DNA of 64,000 nucleotides from a virus (taxonomy: Duplodnaviria; Heunggongvirae; Uroviricota; Caudoviricetes): IMG/VR virus record IMGVR_UViG_3300044699_000054, positions 1-64,000 of that record, one strand, 5' to 3'. A program made the translations under genes and the position numbers. Positions 25,718-35,020 of this stretch are shown piece by piece (the stretch's first letter is position 1; the number at the start of each line of letters is the position of its first letter). The notes beneath the pieces are model-generated. The model was not told the DNA's origin. It worked only from the letters and a program-made list of their open reading frames with translations, and ran no database searches.

Positions 25718-26106
25718 GGAAATCGTTGAAGAAACCCCGATGCGCCTGATGCCGCGTCCGCCGCTGGGTGGTCGAGCTGGTGTCAGTGGTACGGATCTGG
25801 TGGAGCTGGGCACCTTAGCTGGCGCCATCGGTGTCGAGCGCGGTGACATGGTACGGATGATGCACCGGCTCCAGGAGCTGAGCATGGACCTGTCCCTTGC
25901 GGACACTCCCCATGGTCATGGAACTGGTGAAGCAAGCGAACCAGGCTCGTCTCAACACCGTGATCCAGAAGGTTCGGATGATGCCCGAGTTCGGCGGTGG
26001 ACTGATGCGGACCCTCAATGGGAACGGCAACATCAGCCTGGTCAGCCGGGTCGACGTCATCAACATCCTGACCGCCGCCATGGTGGAGTCTCCACCCGGA
26101 ATGTAG
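25704..26106 (+). CDS. hypothetical protein with apparent frameshift at a C4 run (about 25905)
   Basis: ORF 25704 turns into low-complexity R/H/Q text after DTPHGHG. ORF 25897..26106 (ELVKQANQARLNTVIQKV...) looks genuine. Removing one C from ACTCCCCATGG joins them. Confidence 0.4.
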
Positions 26107-26119
26107 GAGGATTGATCTC

Positions 26120-26620
26120 GTGGGGGAGACGTGGACCGAGGATGCGGCCTGTCTAAAGCACCCGTTCCTCGGTCCAGACGCCTGGAGTGAGGTTCTGTAC
26201 GGCTATCCGCGCAATGAGGGAATTCAAGCAGCGCTCGTGTGTCGCTTTGCCTGTCCGGTTCGGCAGCAGTGCAAGGACAGCGGTTACCGCGCCAAGGAGA
26301 TGATTGCCGGCGGTGGTTGGTTTAACCGGCATGGCTACTTCAACCAGGATCCAGAAGGAAAGCTGGAGCTGCATCAGGCAGCTGCCTACATCGGTGTACC
26401 CATTAGCCGGCTACAGAGCTGGGTCAGTCGCGGGAAGATTGCACCGGCTAAGCGGTACGGCGGCCGGGTTTGGCTCTTGTTGACTGATGTCCAAGAGCTT
26501 GCTAAGAAGCATGGGCCAGCACACGGTACGGTGCAGGCATGGCAGCTACATCAGTTGCGCGGTGAAGCTCAGTGTGCTGATTGTGCATCCGTGGAGCCGT
26601 ATGCCTATGTCTACGCCTAG
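26120..26620 (+). CDS. WhiB-like Fe-S protein fused to a C-terminal HTH (MerR/excisionase-like) domain
   Basis: Four Cys in C-x(n)-CRFACPVRQQC arrangement (the CPVRxxC signature of WhiB), then AAYIGVPISRLQSWVSRGKIAP. GTG start after GGAGGA. Confidence 0.55.
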   Translation: MGETWTEDAACLKHPFLGPDAWSEVLYGYPRNEGIQAALVCRFACPVRQQCKDSGYRAKEMIAGGGWFNRHGYFNQDPEGKLELHQAAAYIGVPISRLQSWVSRGKIAPAKRYGGRVWLLLTDVQELAKKHGPAHGTVQAWQLHQLRGEAQCADCASVEPYAYVYA

Positions 26621-26626
26621 AGAGGC

Positions 26627-27196
26627 TTGCCGGTGAAGTGCTTCTATGATTCCGAGTTCGTTGAACGTGGCCCACAGATACCGATTCAGCCCATCTCCTT
26701 TGGCTTCATCCGTGAAGATGGCCAGGAGCTGTACGTCATCAACGCCGATTCACTCTCGAACCTGATGCGCCATCCCTGGCTGTCGGTGAACGTGCGGCCG
26801 ACACTGCCCATCCGTGAAGATAACCAGTTCATCTTCGAGTGGGATCAGAGTCACGAGGAGTACCCAGCGGTCCTGGCGCTCGACAACCTCGTTCAGCAGA
26901 TCCATAAGTTCCTGACCGATATCCCGGACCTGGAGCTATGGGCATACTACGGCGCCTATGACCACGTGGTGCTGTGCCAGTTGTTCGGCTCCATGGCCGA
27001 ACTGCCGCCGGGTATCCCTATGTTCACACATGATCTGCAGCAGCTCATCGAGCAGCACCCTGAGGTCAAGCTGCCACCCGATACGGAGAACATCCATCAC
27101 GCTCTGGCAGATGCCCGCTGGGTGCGGGATGCGTATAACCAGATCATGTCTCCGGTACCCAAAGACGAGCCAAACCCGTACGGGTTTATAGATTGA
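26627..27196 (+). CDS. DEDDh-family 3'-5' exonuclease (DnaQ-like)
   Basis: Exo I FYDSEF (D-x-E), Exo II YYGAYDHVVL, Exo III HHALADARW (H-x4-D). Confidence 0.6.
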   Translation: MPVKCFYDSEFVERGPQIPIQPISFGFIREDGQELYVINADSLSNLMRHPWLSVNVRPTLPIREDNQFIFEWDQSHEEYPAVLALDNLVQQIHKFLTDIPDLELWAYYGAYDHVVLCQLFGSMAELPPGIPMFTHDLQQLIEQHPEVKLPPDTENIHHALADARWVRDAYNQIMSPVPKDEPNPYGFID

Positions 27197-27206
27197 GGAA
27201 GGCCCT

Positions 27207-27389
27207 ATGCCAATTTTTGTTGTCAAGATCCCAGGTCAGGAAGATGTCCTCAGGATCCCTGCTGATGACATGGCCTATGATCAATATAATCTTGAACTGA
27301 CCGCTGGAGATCGGGTTATCGCCTACTTCAAGGATTGGAGCTACGTCTGGGAGCTACCAGCGGAGGAGTCTCCCGATGTTGTCCAGTAG
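27207..27389 (+). CDS. small hypothetical protein (last gene of the + block)
   Basis: 60-aa ORF after GAGGAAGG. Confidence 0.4.
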   Translation: MPIFVVKIPGQEDVLRIPADDMAYDQYNLELTAGDRVIAYFKDWSYVWELPAEESPDVVQ

Positions 27390-27786
27390 ACGAGCTTGCT
27401 GAGGTAGTTGTGCGCTCCGGCTTGGACTCTCGGTAACGCTTCGTACGGCCGTGTGCATAGCCTCGGTGCGTGTGCGCTTCCTGTCGACGTGATTCCAGAT
27501 CCAGCTGTGTGACACCGGGCTCCAGGCCCCACGTGACAAAGTTGACGATGTCTTGAGCTAGCTGCCGGGACCACCACTGGTCCCGGCCTTTTATTGTCAG
27601 GCTGATAGTGATAATACCTAATGCCTCACCTGTGATGCCGTGACAGGTAATACGACTGTCGCCATCACAGGCCATCGCCAGGATCTTGGTCGCCTTCTTC
27701 AGCACCCGGTCCCGGTCTTCTGGTACTGGTGTCAGTGCGTAGGTGAAGGTTCTGTTAGAGCCGGTCATTTGCCTCTGATGACCCAT
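27328..27786 (-). CDS. hypothetical protein (C-terminal third looks non-protein-like)
   Basis: The N-terminal about 100 aa are plausible. The tail is R/S/T low complexity and contains the antisense terminator. Confidence 0.3.
   Translation of the reverse strand: MGHQRQMTGSNRTFTYALTPVPEDRDRVLKKATKILAMACDGDSRITCHGITGEALGIITISLTIKGRDQWWSRQLAQDIVNFVTWGLEPGVTQLDLESRRQEAHTHRGYAHGRTKRYRESKPERTTTSASSSTGQHRETPPLVAPRRSSNP
27565..27596 (+). terminator. rho-independent terminator (hairpin plus T-tract) for the rightward block
   Basis: CCGGGACCA-CCAC-TGGTCCCGG followed by CCTTTTATTG. Lies within the minus-strand ORF 27328..27786. Confidence 0.45.
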
Positions 27787-28144
27787 CGGGTGAGGGTGTT
27801 ACTAGCGGTGATGAAGAGAATGCCATATCGGTTACCCGTGAAGCATCTCGCCGGTATTGACCTAGTTCTGACATCAGTGCACGGTTCTGCTGCATCATGG
27901 CATCCTGGTTGCCATTGGTTTGCGCTTTGATCTCGCGCAGTTCAGCAATTCCAAGTGCCAGTAGAACGGTAATTATGGCACCACTAACGGCTGCTACATC
28001 TCGACCAAACAGTGCCGTGGTACCGATGACCAGCATTGCTACGGTAACCATTACGGCCAATGGCCACGACACAGTCCTCATAAAGTTGATCGTCTCAAGA
28101 AAAGTGATCTTTAGACAAGTAGGCGATGTCGGTTTCTGCGCCAT
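27755..28144 (-). CDS. holin-like 2-TM membrane protein
   Basis: VSWPLAVMVTVAMLVIGTTAL and AAVSGAIITVLLALGIA TM segments then a charged tail. Located beside lysis and sugar genes. Confidence 0.4.
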   Translation of the reverse strand: MAQKPTSPTCLKITFLETINFMRTVSWPLAVMVTVAMLVIGTTALFGRDVAAVSGAIITVLLALGIAELREIKAQTNGNQDAMMQQNRALMSELGQYRRDASRVTDMAFSSSPLVTPSPDGSSEANDRL

Positions 28145-28222
28145 TGGGATAAGGCCCCAGGTTCCCCATCTGGAGGAAGCAGGGCCTTATCTGTTGTACG
28201 TACAAGTGTGGCGCTGGTAATT

Positions 28223-28699
28223 CTACCCAGCTTCAATCCCAGCTTCAACATCATCCACAATGTCTTTGAACCGGTACGCGTGCCACCGGAAGTCAATCGG
28301 CCGTGCTCGACGTGCCGGCCCCGGTGACGTGTCTTTGAGCTGTTGCCAGCAGATGGCATAGCCAAGAGTCCGGTCGTCATTGAGCCAGCGCTCAAACATG
28401 ACCACGACACCACCGTCAGCATCCACGGACTCCCTGCCCAGGAGTCCGATAGCGTCGCCTAGCTTCAGCTCCCCGTGCTCGATCTCGGTAACCCAGCCGT
28501 CCTCTAGCAGACTGACCGTGCTCAGGCCGCCCCAGCTGTGTGGTACGTGCAGTGGAATGTCCCAGCACATACAGGCGTAGCCAGCTGGGTCGGATCGGTA
28601 ACCGTCAGGTTGGTGAAAGTTGACTTTGCTGAAGGGCACGGTCCCGATCTCCCAGCCGTAGCGCATCCGGAGCCCCACCCGAGTTCTACTAATCGGCAT
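28223..28699 (-). CDS. hypothetical protein (possible Cys/His hydrolase)
   Basis: 158 aa with a YACMCWD...H pattern. No firm family assignment. Confidence 0.4.
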   Translation of the reverse strand: MPISRTRVGLRMRYGWEIGTVPFSKVNFHQPDGYRSDPAGYACMCWDIPLHVPHSWGGLSTVSLLEDGWVTEIEHGELKLGDAIGLLGRESVDADGGVVVMFERWLNDDRTLGYAICWQQLKDTSPGPARRARPIDFRWHAYRFKDIVDDVEAGIEAG

Positions 28700-28714
28700 C
28701 GTTACCCCCTTTCC

Positions 28715-29386
28715 TTATACGATCTTGGCGTTCTGCCATGCCAGATTGGAGTCTCCCTTTGTCGGTAGTCCACTGGTATTCCCCGGCTGTCCGTTGGGCA
28801 GCTGGTGGTGACGCCATAGCCAGGACTTCCGTACCAGGTGCGAGATCTTGGCCCCAGCTTCCAAGCATCCCATGGTGAAGTGCCGGTCCTCGCCACTGTT
28901 CGAGTCGTGCCCACGATCCAGTGCTTTGTAGCCCACCTGCTTTGCCAGTTCCGTACGAACCAGTACCGTAATGGTAGTTTCAATTGGATCTTCAGGATCG
29001 AATGGATTCAGGTAATGGGTGATAGGGAAGACTGGATCATGTTCGAGGATCTGTGTCGTTCCATTGGCGAATTGCTGCAGTACCTTGAACCAGCTGTAGA
29101 CAAAATCTGCGCCGGTCTCCTGAGCATGCTTCATGAGCCATTCAATGTGCTTTGGGAGAAATACATCATCGGAGTCCAAGCAAGCAACCCAGTCCGTAGT
29201 AACCGAATCCAGGGCACGTTGCCTAGTCGCCGCTGCACCTTCCCGGTTGGTGTCGATGGCTACTATGTGCGCCTCCACGGGACGGGTCTGGCTGTATACC
29301 GATTCCGTTGCCATCCTTAGCATTGGGCCAGCTAGCCGACCTACGTGTACCGGAGTGATAACAGATACCGATGGATTCTTGCTCAT
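28715..29386 (-). CDS. family 2 glycosyltransferase (GT-A fold)
   Basis: SVITPVH...DSDD (DxD) motifs. Start MSKNP at 29386 abuts the upstream stop. Confidence 0.6.
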   Translation of the reverse strand: MSKNPSVSVITPVHVGRLAGPMLRMATESVYSQTRPVEAHIVAIDTNREGAAATRQRALDSVTTDWVACLDSDDVFLPKHIEWLMKHAQETGADFVYSWFKVLQQFANGTTQILEHDPVFPITHYLNPFDPEDPIETTITVLVRTELAKQVGYKALDRGHDSNSGEDRHFTMGCLEAGAKISHLVRKSWLWRHHQLPNGQPGNTSGLPTKGDSNLAWQNAKIV

Positions 29387-29387
29387 C

Positions 29388-29987
29388 TCAGCACCCCGGG
29401 AAGTAGTAGTCGACCGTAACCTGTGGCACATGAATCCATTGCGCACCGCCACTTAGCCAAGCTTCGACAATAGCCCAGTCGGGTGCATGCTGATCACCTT
29501 GGATCACGCTTGGATGAGGCCATCGTGATACATCCATAAGCTGGCGCCGCTGCACGATCATTGACGTGTCGATACCAGCATACTGAGGCGGGTTGGTGCC
29601 AATGACAACCTCATGTGGGTGGGTAATCATAAGCCCGTAAGCGAACGATGCTTCTGGATTAATCTCCAGCGCTTTGACCAGAAGCGATAGGTGGTCTGGG
29701 CGCCAGCTATTATCGTCGTCAAGATATGCAATGAGATCCCCAGTAGCATAATCCAGTCCCCAATTTCTGGCGGTGCTGCCAAAGTTCATTCTGTGATCAT
29801 CGTGCTCTGGGCATTCGATATACGTTACTGGCTCTTCTGCAAGTAACCCACGCAATGTGGGGTCTGGACCGTCGCTGACAACGATGTGCTCAGTATCTGT
29901 ATAACTCTGCCGTTGTACAGATGGAATAGCCCGACCTAGCAACAGGTGATGGCGCTGCCATGTCGGAGTGATGATGGATACCTTCAT
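29388..29987 (-). CDS. family 2 glycosyltransferase (GT-A fold)
   Basis: SIITPTWQR...YLDDDN motifs. Confidence 0.6.
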   Translation of the reverse strand: MKVSIITPTWQRHHLLLGRAIPSVQRQSYTDTEHIVVSDGPDPTLRGLLAEEPVTYIECPEHDDHRMNFGSTARNWGLDYATGDLIAYLDDDNSWRPDHLSLLVKALEINPEASFAYGLMITHPHEVVIGTNPPQYAGIDTSMIVQRRQLMDVSRWPHPSVIQGDQHAPDWAIVEAWLSGGAQWIHVPQVTVDYYFPGC

Positions 29988-31000
29988 GCCGCCACCAACA
30001 TCTCGGTTACCTGCTTTGCCGCAGTGACAGCGGTACAGATCTTCCCTGACAGGATCCTGGTTTCGTTGCCCTGTCGGTGAATCAGAGTTGGTCTCTTATC
30101 AGTGTTCTCGACATCAGGTAGCACGGCTCGTACGGAGAACATGGATCCGTGGTAGATGCTGGTGTGCTGGCTCCCTGGTTCCAGTCCCCACAGGAATCGG
30201 CTAGCCGATGCGACCATGGCATCGAACCGAGAGACGGACGTCTTCAGCAGACCTACCCGCGACAGCAGCCCTTCGTATCCTGGTGGTATCTCGGGGATCC
30301 AGCCAACGCTGGTGTGGTGCACGGTGTTCTTGACATCGTAGAGCGCATAAAACTTTCCGAATGGATCCAGTGACACGTACTCACCATCAAGAACAACGAA
30401 CGAGTCATGGGTGTATCGCCCCAGCTCCATGATCGCGATTTCACAGACCTCGTACTGCAGCGGTTCTGGCCAGGGCTGCCCGTACGTAGCGAAAACCACT
30501 TCGTCGTAACCATGGACTGTTTTCATTGGCTGGCTGACGTGAATTGTGACGCCTGCTTTAGCCAGGTCACTGCGCACCAGACGGCGCAATATTTCGAAGT
30601 CGATGATTGCTTCCGGCACCTTCACGCACATCTCAGCAGTGTGCAGCTGCCACGGGTGATCTACGATCTTGTAAGGGAGATGTATCCGATTGCAGAAGGC
30701 TAGGAACTCATCTGGCGTCGTCTTACTGTCTGGAGCAATGGCGTAGAAGTGATTGAGCCGTCTGATTGCTGCCGGGTAACGCTCCATGAAGTTGAAGAAG
30801 GCATCTCGCGCGGCTATCGCGGTGCTGTCACTTCTAGGGTAGTGATATCCACGATGCAGCCTTCCCTGGCACCGTGAAGTGGCACCGATAAGGATGTCTG
30901 ATCTGGCCTCAAACAGGTCTACCTTGGCGCCAGCTCGGGCAAGGTCTACCGCGATGGTGCAGCCAAAGATCCCGCCGCCGATAACAGCTACCTTCACCAT
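29984..31000 (-). CDS. FAD/NAD(P)-binding oxidoreductase
   Basis: N-terminal Rossmann VAVIGGGIFGCTIAVDLARAGAKVDLFE (GxGxxG...E). Confidence 0.55.
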   Translation of the reverse strand: MVKVAVIGGGIFGCTIAVDLARAGAKVDLFEARSDILIGATSRCQGRLHRGYHYPRSDSTAIAARDAFFNFMERYPAAIRRLNHFYAIAPDSKTTPDEFLAFCNRIHLPYKIVDHPWQLHTAEMCVKVPEAIIDFEILRRLVRSDLAKAGVTIHVSQPMKTVHGYDEVVFATYGQPWPEPLQYEVCEIAIMELGRYTHDSFVVLDGEYVSLDPFGKFYALYDVKNTVHHTSVGWIPEIPPGYEGLLSRVGLLKTSVSRFDAMVASASRFLWGLEPGSQHTSIYHGSMFSVRAVLPDVENTDKRPTLIHRQGNETRILSGKICTAVTAAKQVTEMLVAA

Positions 31001-31524
31001 TCACCTGGCCCATAAATAGCCAGGGTGTCGATTAGCTTCGGCGGCATCTTCCAGGCATCGAGGGCCTGTCGTACGCCAGGGCACGTGACCTCACCGTAGT
31101 CGTGACAGGCCAAGGTACCGGTCTCTTTAAGCAACAGCCGTCCCAGGCCAACGTCGTGGGCAACGGTATGAGCTTCGTGATCCCCATCAATCCAGACCAG
31201 ATCAAACTTGCGTCTAGCTTGGAACAGCTCCGGCATAAGAGTCCAGGAGTCAGTACGGGCAATTTCTACCTGCTCCTCGACTCCGTAGGCCGCGAGGTGA
31301 GCCATCATTGGCTCATAGGAAGGAAGCCAGTGGTGTGGATCTACTGCTAGTACCCTGGCGCCAACTAGAGCCATAGCCACTGCGCTGTAGCCGTACGCGG
31401 ATCCGATCTCCAGGACATCAGCATCAGCAGCTAGGCGTTGTAGTTCGGCCGTCTCTGCTGCTGTTAGTGATGTGTCGATTGCCGGCCCATTGCCAAGTGT
31501 TATCGGTCGCCAGATCAGTTGCAT
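30994..31524 (-). CDS. class I SAM-dependent O-methyltransferase (TylF/MycF-like, Methyltransf_24-type)
   Basis: Motif I VLEIGSAYGYS and the LVWIDGDH signature. Confidence 0.55.
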   Translation of the reverse strand: MQLIWRPITLGNGPAIDTSLTAAETAELQRLAADADVLEIGSAYGYSAVAMALVGARVLAVDPHHWLPSYEPMMAHLAAYGVEEQVEIARTDSWTLMPELFQARRKFDLVWIDGDHEAHTVAHDVGLGRLLLKETGTLACHDYGEVTCPGVRQALDAWKMPPKLIDTLAIYGPGEW

Positions 31525-31654
31525 TAGCGTACTTTCATGATGCGGATGCGGAGCCTGCCAATTGCTAAATAGAGCGCATCATGATGATTCCATATCGCAC
31601 GCCATTTACTGGTCTTACTCCACCACACACCGTTCTCTTTGTACTTACCCCACA

Positions 31655-32320
31655 TCACCATGCTGCAGCACCGTCCTTGTTTAACAGCCGGAGTCCCTCT
31701 AACGAGGGAAGTCGTGAGCCAAAGGCGCTACGGGGGACGGGAGTAACGTCGGGGACTGTTCGCTTAGCCAGTTCGTACATGGTCTTAGGGCCAGTACCGA
31801 TCCATCGGATTCCTGGTACCAGCGGTCCGTGTGCTGCCTCATTGATCAACTTAGCGATGACATGGACACTATCGCCAATGGTCCACATGTCTGTGAAGGC
31901 TTGCGGATACTCGTACGGGTCCTCACGGAAGCTGGTACGGAAGATGCTGTAGCCAGGCTCATGTTGCCGGACTTCGTACTCAGCTTGGAGCTTGGTCAGG
32001 ATGTAGAAGGTGTACGGATCAATGACGGCTTCAGACGAGATAAGGATGATAGGGCACTTGGCAGCGTTAACCAGGTTCCTGGTACCGAGAACGTTGACCT
32101 GCCAACAGTGAGCTGCTGCGCTCGGGCTCCGGTCTGCGCCAAAGGTGTTCGTGAAAGCGGCGGCGTGGAGGATCAGCTCCGGCTGCTCCGCGTCGAGAGT
32201 TTGCTGGACCTCGTCCGGGTCACAGACATCCATCTGCTCGTGGGTGGGCGCCGTGTAACGGTGCAGCTTGAGCAACTCTGTGCCCAGCTGTCCCGTGCCT
32301 CCAGTCAATAGAATCTTCAT
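31655..32320 (-). CDS. short-chain dehydrogenase, dTDP-4-dehydrorhamnose reductase (RmlD)-like NDP-sugar 4-ketoreductase
   Basis: MKILLTGGTGQLG, HAAAFT, YxxxK (YILTK), IFRTSF. Shorter (221 aa) than canonical RmlD. Confidence 0.6.
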   Translation of the reverse strand: MKILLTGGTGQLGTELLKLHRYTAPTHEQMDVCDPDEVQQTLDAEQPELILHAAAFTNTFGADRSPSAAAHCWQVNVLGTRNLVNAAKCPIILISSEAVIDPYTFYILTKLQAEYEVRQHEPGYSIFRTSFREDPYEYPQAFTDMWTIGDSVHVIAKLINEAAHGPLVPGIRWIGTGPKTMYELAKRTVPDVTPVPRSAFGSRLPSLEGLRLLNKDGAAAW

Positions 32321-33574
32321 CTATAGCAACACCGGAACCGGAATAGGAATGAGCCACTGTCCTTGGAACCGCGCCTCTTGCTTAAGGACCTGAGGTAGGT
32401 AGTTCCAAATCCCAAGGAAGTAGATATCTGGCAAGCGACTGTCTGCCTGTGGGTTGATAACCGGGATCCCCGTACCCGGCATGTAGCGTCCTTGCTTGCT
32501 TGGCGTGGTGTCAACGAAGTATTGGATCAGCTCGGGGCCAATGCCACAGAAGTTCAACAGAGTGCTGCTCTTAGCCGAGGCACCATAGCCAGCGACTCGT
32601 TTGCCGTCATGCGCAGCATCCAGCAGGAGCCTGCTCAGTTTCTCCCGGATCCGATCCGCTCGTCCCTGCATCCCTGCTAGCACGTTCTCATCGAGCAGCC
32701 AGGATTCGGCTTCCAACAGGTCCCGCACGGACTGGTCGATTGGCCGGAACTGCTTGTGTCCGACAGTAACCCGGAGCGAACCACCTTGCGGCACAGTCTG
32801 TTGCACGTAGAACGGCTCCAGATTGTGGCGACTGAGTGCACGAGCCAGTGAGTGCAGAGAGAAGAACTGCCGATGCTCGTGGTACACGTGGTCGATCTGG
32901 TTACCCGTGACCAGATCGGGCAGGTACTGGAACTCTAGGGAGCAGACGCCATCAGGGAGTAGGACCATGGCGATACCGGCGATGAAGTCATTGAGATCAG
33001 CGACGTGTGCGATCACATTGTTTGCAATGACCAGTCCGGCTGCCCCGTAGTTAGCCACAATGTCCTGGGCAACGGAGTAGGTAAAGCCTTCCACTAAGAC
33101 ATCAAGACCAAGCGCCTTAGCCTGAGCCGTTGGCCCGCGTGCGGGATCCACACCCAGTGTCCGACAGCCCACGTCCCTGAATACCTTGAGCATGGTGCCG
33201 TCGTTGCAGGCGATTTCAAGGGTCAGGTGTTCGGCCAGTGGCCCGTACTTGGTCAAGAGATCATCGGCATACTCTGTCTGCTGCTGAACGGCAGGCCATG
33301 AGCTGCCGGTATAGAAGGTGTAGTCGCCGCCCCATAGCTCATCGTCGGGAACAATCTCAGTGAGTTGAACCAAGGTGCAGCGATGACAGCGCACCAGTCC
33401 AAGCGGATACCGATTTTGAGTTGCGGCTTCCTGGGGAGTGAGCGGGAACTCCGCAGCTAATGGTGAGTCACCTAGATCCAGAACCTTCCGCAGGTGTGTG
33501 GAATTGCAGCCGGCACATAGCTCGCGTCTCATTGCTGCTCCCACTTTGCCCTGAAGATCTGATCTGCCTTCCAC
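32321..33574 (-). CDS. NDP-hexose C-methyltransferase (TylCIII-like; zinc-finger N-domain, SAM-MT domain and C-methyltransferase C-domain)
   Basis: CAGCNS...CHRC zinc motif, LEIACNDGTML, RVAGYGASAKSSTLLNFCGI, DTTPSKQGR. These match the conserved signatures of sugar 3-C-methyltransferases. Confidence 0.75.
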   Translation of the reverse strand: MEGRSDLQGKVGAAMRRELCAGCNSTHLRKVLDLGDSPLAAEFPLTPQEAATQNRYPLGLVRCHRCTLVQLTEIVPDDELWGGDYTFYTGSSWPAVQQQTEYADDLLTKYGPLAEHLTLEIACNDGTMLKVFRDVGCRTLGVDPARGPTAQAKALGLDVLVEGFTYSVAQDIVANYGAAGLVIANNVIAHVADLNDFIAGIAMVLLPDGVCSLEFQYLPDLVTGNQIDHVYHEHRQFFSLHSLARALSRHNLEPFYVQQTVPQGGSLRVTVGHKQFRPIDQSVRDLLEAESWLLDENVLAGMQGRADRIREKLSRLLLDAAHDGKRVAGYGASAKSSTLLNFCGIGPELIQYFVDTTPSKQGRYMPGTGIPVINPQADSRLPDIYFLGIWNYLPQVLKQEARFQGQWLIPIPVPVLL

Positions 33575-34157
33575 CAGTCTTGATGACTTTCCTCTGATTT
33601 GAAACCCATCGGGGTGTGGTGGTGCGTATCAATATCGGCTACGACAACGTTGAGCCCCGCATTACTGAGCTGGGCGCAGGCGTCTACGTCGTATCCGTGG
33701 AACCCAGGATATTGAGTGTCAAAGTAAAGGTAGCCCATACCCTTTGCTGATATTGCTAGCAGGCTTCCTTCAAGGAGATCAGCAAAACCGCTACGGACTC
33801 CGAAATCAAGGAGCATGACATCAGTCTGTTGATGCCCAATCGGGCTGTGGTTCCACCAGGCAATCCATTGCAGTTAGTGCCACCAGCTATGCCAACAATT
33901 CCAATCTCCCCCATAGAGAGAACGTTTTCTAGCTTCTCCTCCCAGCGGGGATCGGTGATTTCCAAGTCATCGTGTAACAGGACTAGGACATCCGCTGCCG
34001 CTTCACCACTGACAGCTAAATCCAGAATTCCGTTATAGGCCTTGGCAATAGACGTTTGCCCGGTCATGGTGATTAAGGGGTTGTCCTTGACTACTGGGAG
34101 CACATACTTCTGGAGCCGATCCCACGACCCAACGCAGCACCCGTAGACAATTTTCAC
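33529..34157 (-). CDS. GT-A-type glycosyltransferase, split by one frameshift (two ORFs 33756..34157 and 33529..33816)
   Basis: The N-part has LLHDD (DxD). The C-part continues (HGYDVDAC...VVADIDTHHH) in a different frame with a 60-nt overlap. Confidence 0.4.
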
Positions 34158-34840
34158 CAGGGCACAGACCCGTGCTTGGCTGCAAAGGCTGCCCGATCAT
34201 GTGCCACCTGCCCGCCAAGCTCCGGCTTGGCGTTGGTCCAGCCGCCTGGATGGACGTTAGGGACTGAGTATCCGCCGACCATAACGAAGCCACCGTGTGC
34301 TCGCGCCCACCAGTCCATGTCCGTGTCCAAATACCACCAGCGCATGGTCTCGTCAGCTAGAGGCTCCCGATCATGATCAACGACCCAGGCCCAACCGATC
34401 ATCCGGTTAGTGATATCGCCGTCGGGAGCAGTCTTGACGAACGGGGGATGCTGAGTGCCCCAGGGATTCGAGCATCCGGTGGCAGCATCGGTCAGCCGCA
34501 TGCCCTCGGTTACAGCCGCGAACCAGCCCTCAGGAACGATGGCGTCATCGCACAGCATCGCGATGTCGAGGCCAGGATCCGGGCGTCCCTCGTCGGGGTA
34601 GTTCCACTTCCGGTAGCGCTCGAAGTACTGGAAGCCACGGTTCCACAGGTTTGACAGGTTCGGTGGCTGATCGGGCACCTTCAGCAGGTGCACGAAGTTT
34701 GGTACCACAGCTGGCGGGCTAGAGGCGTTGTCAATGACCAGAACCACGTCTACTTGGGGAGCGATGGCGGCAATGCATTGATCAAGAAGTTCCTGCCGGT
34801 TGTGAGTCAGGATCAGCGCACCACGCAGACGGTCAGTCAT
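34154..34840 (-). CDS. family 2 glycosyltransferase (GT-A fold)
   Basis: ILTHNRQELLDQCIAAI...VLVIDNAS...CDD. Confidence 0.6.
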   Translation of the reverse strand: MTDRLRGALILTHNRQELLDQCIAAIAPQVDVVLVIDNASSPPAVVPNFVHLLKVPDQPPNLSNLWNRGFQYFERYRKWNYPDEGRPDPGLDIAMLCDDAIVPEGWFAAVTEGMRLTDAATGCSNPWGTQHPPFVKTAPDGDITNRMIGWAWVVDHDREPLADETMRWWYLDTDMDWWARAHGGFVMVGGYSVPNVHPGGWTNAKPELGGQVAHDRAAFAAKHGSVPW

Positions 34841-35020
34841 GGTCGGTGACCTCCAGGAGAAGTTGGGTAAACAGCCTCTGGATCTGCTCCGGAGTGCCGT
34901 GGATTTCGACTGACACTAGAGCATGCGGGCTGTAGATCGTCAACGTCTTCCCGGTCGAACTTATCCAGGCCTTCGCATCGGCTGCCGGGATCCGAAGCGC
35001 TGATACCGGCTTAGGCTCCA

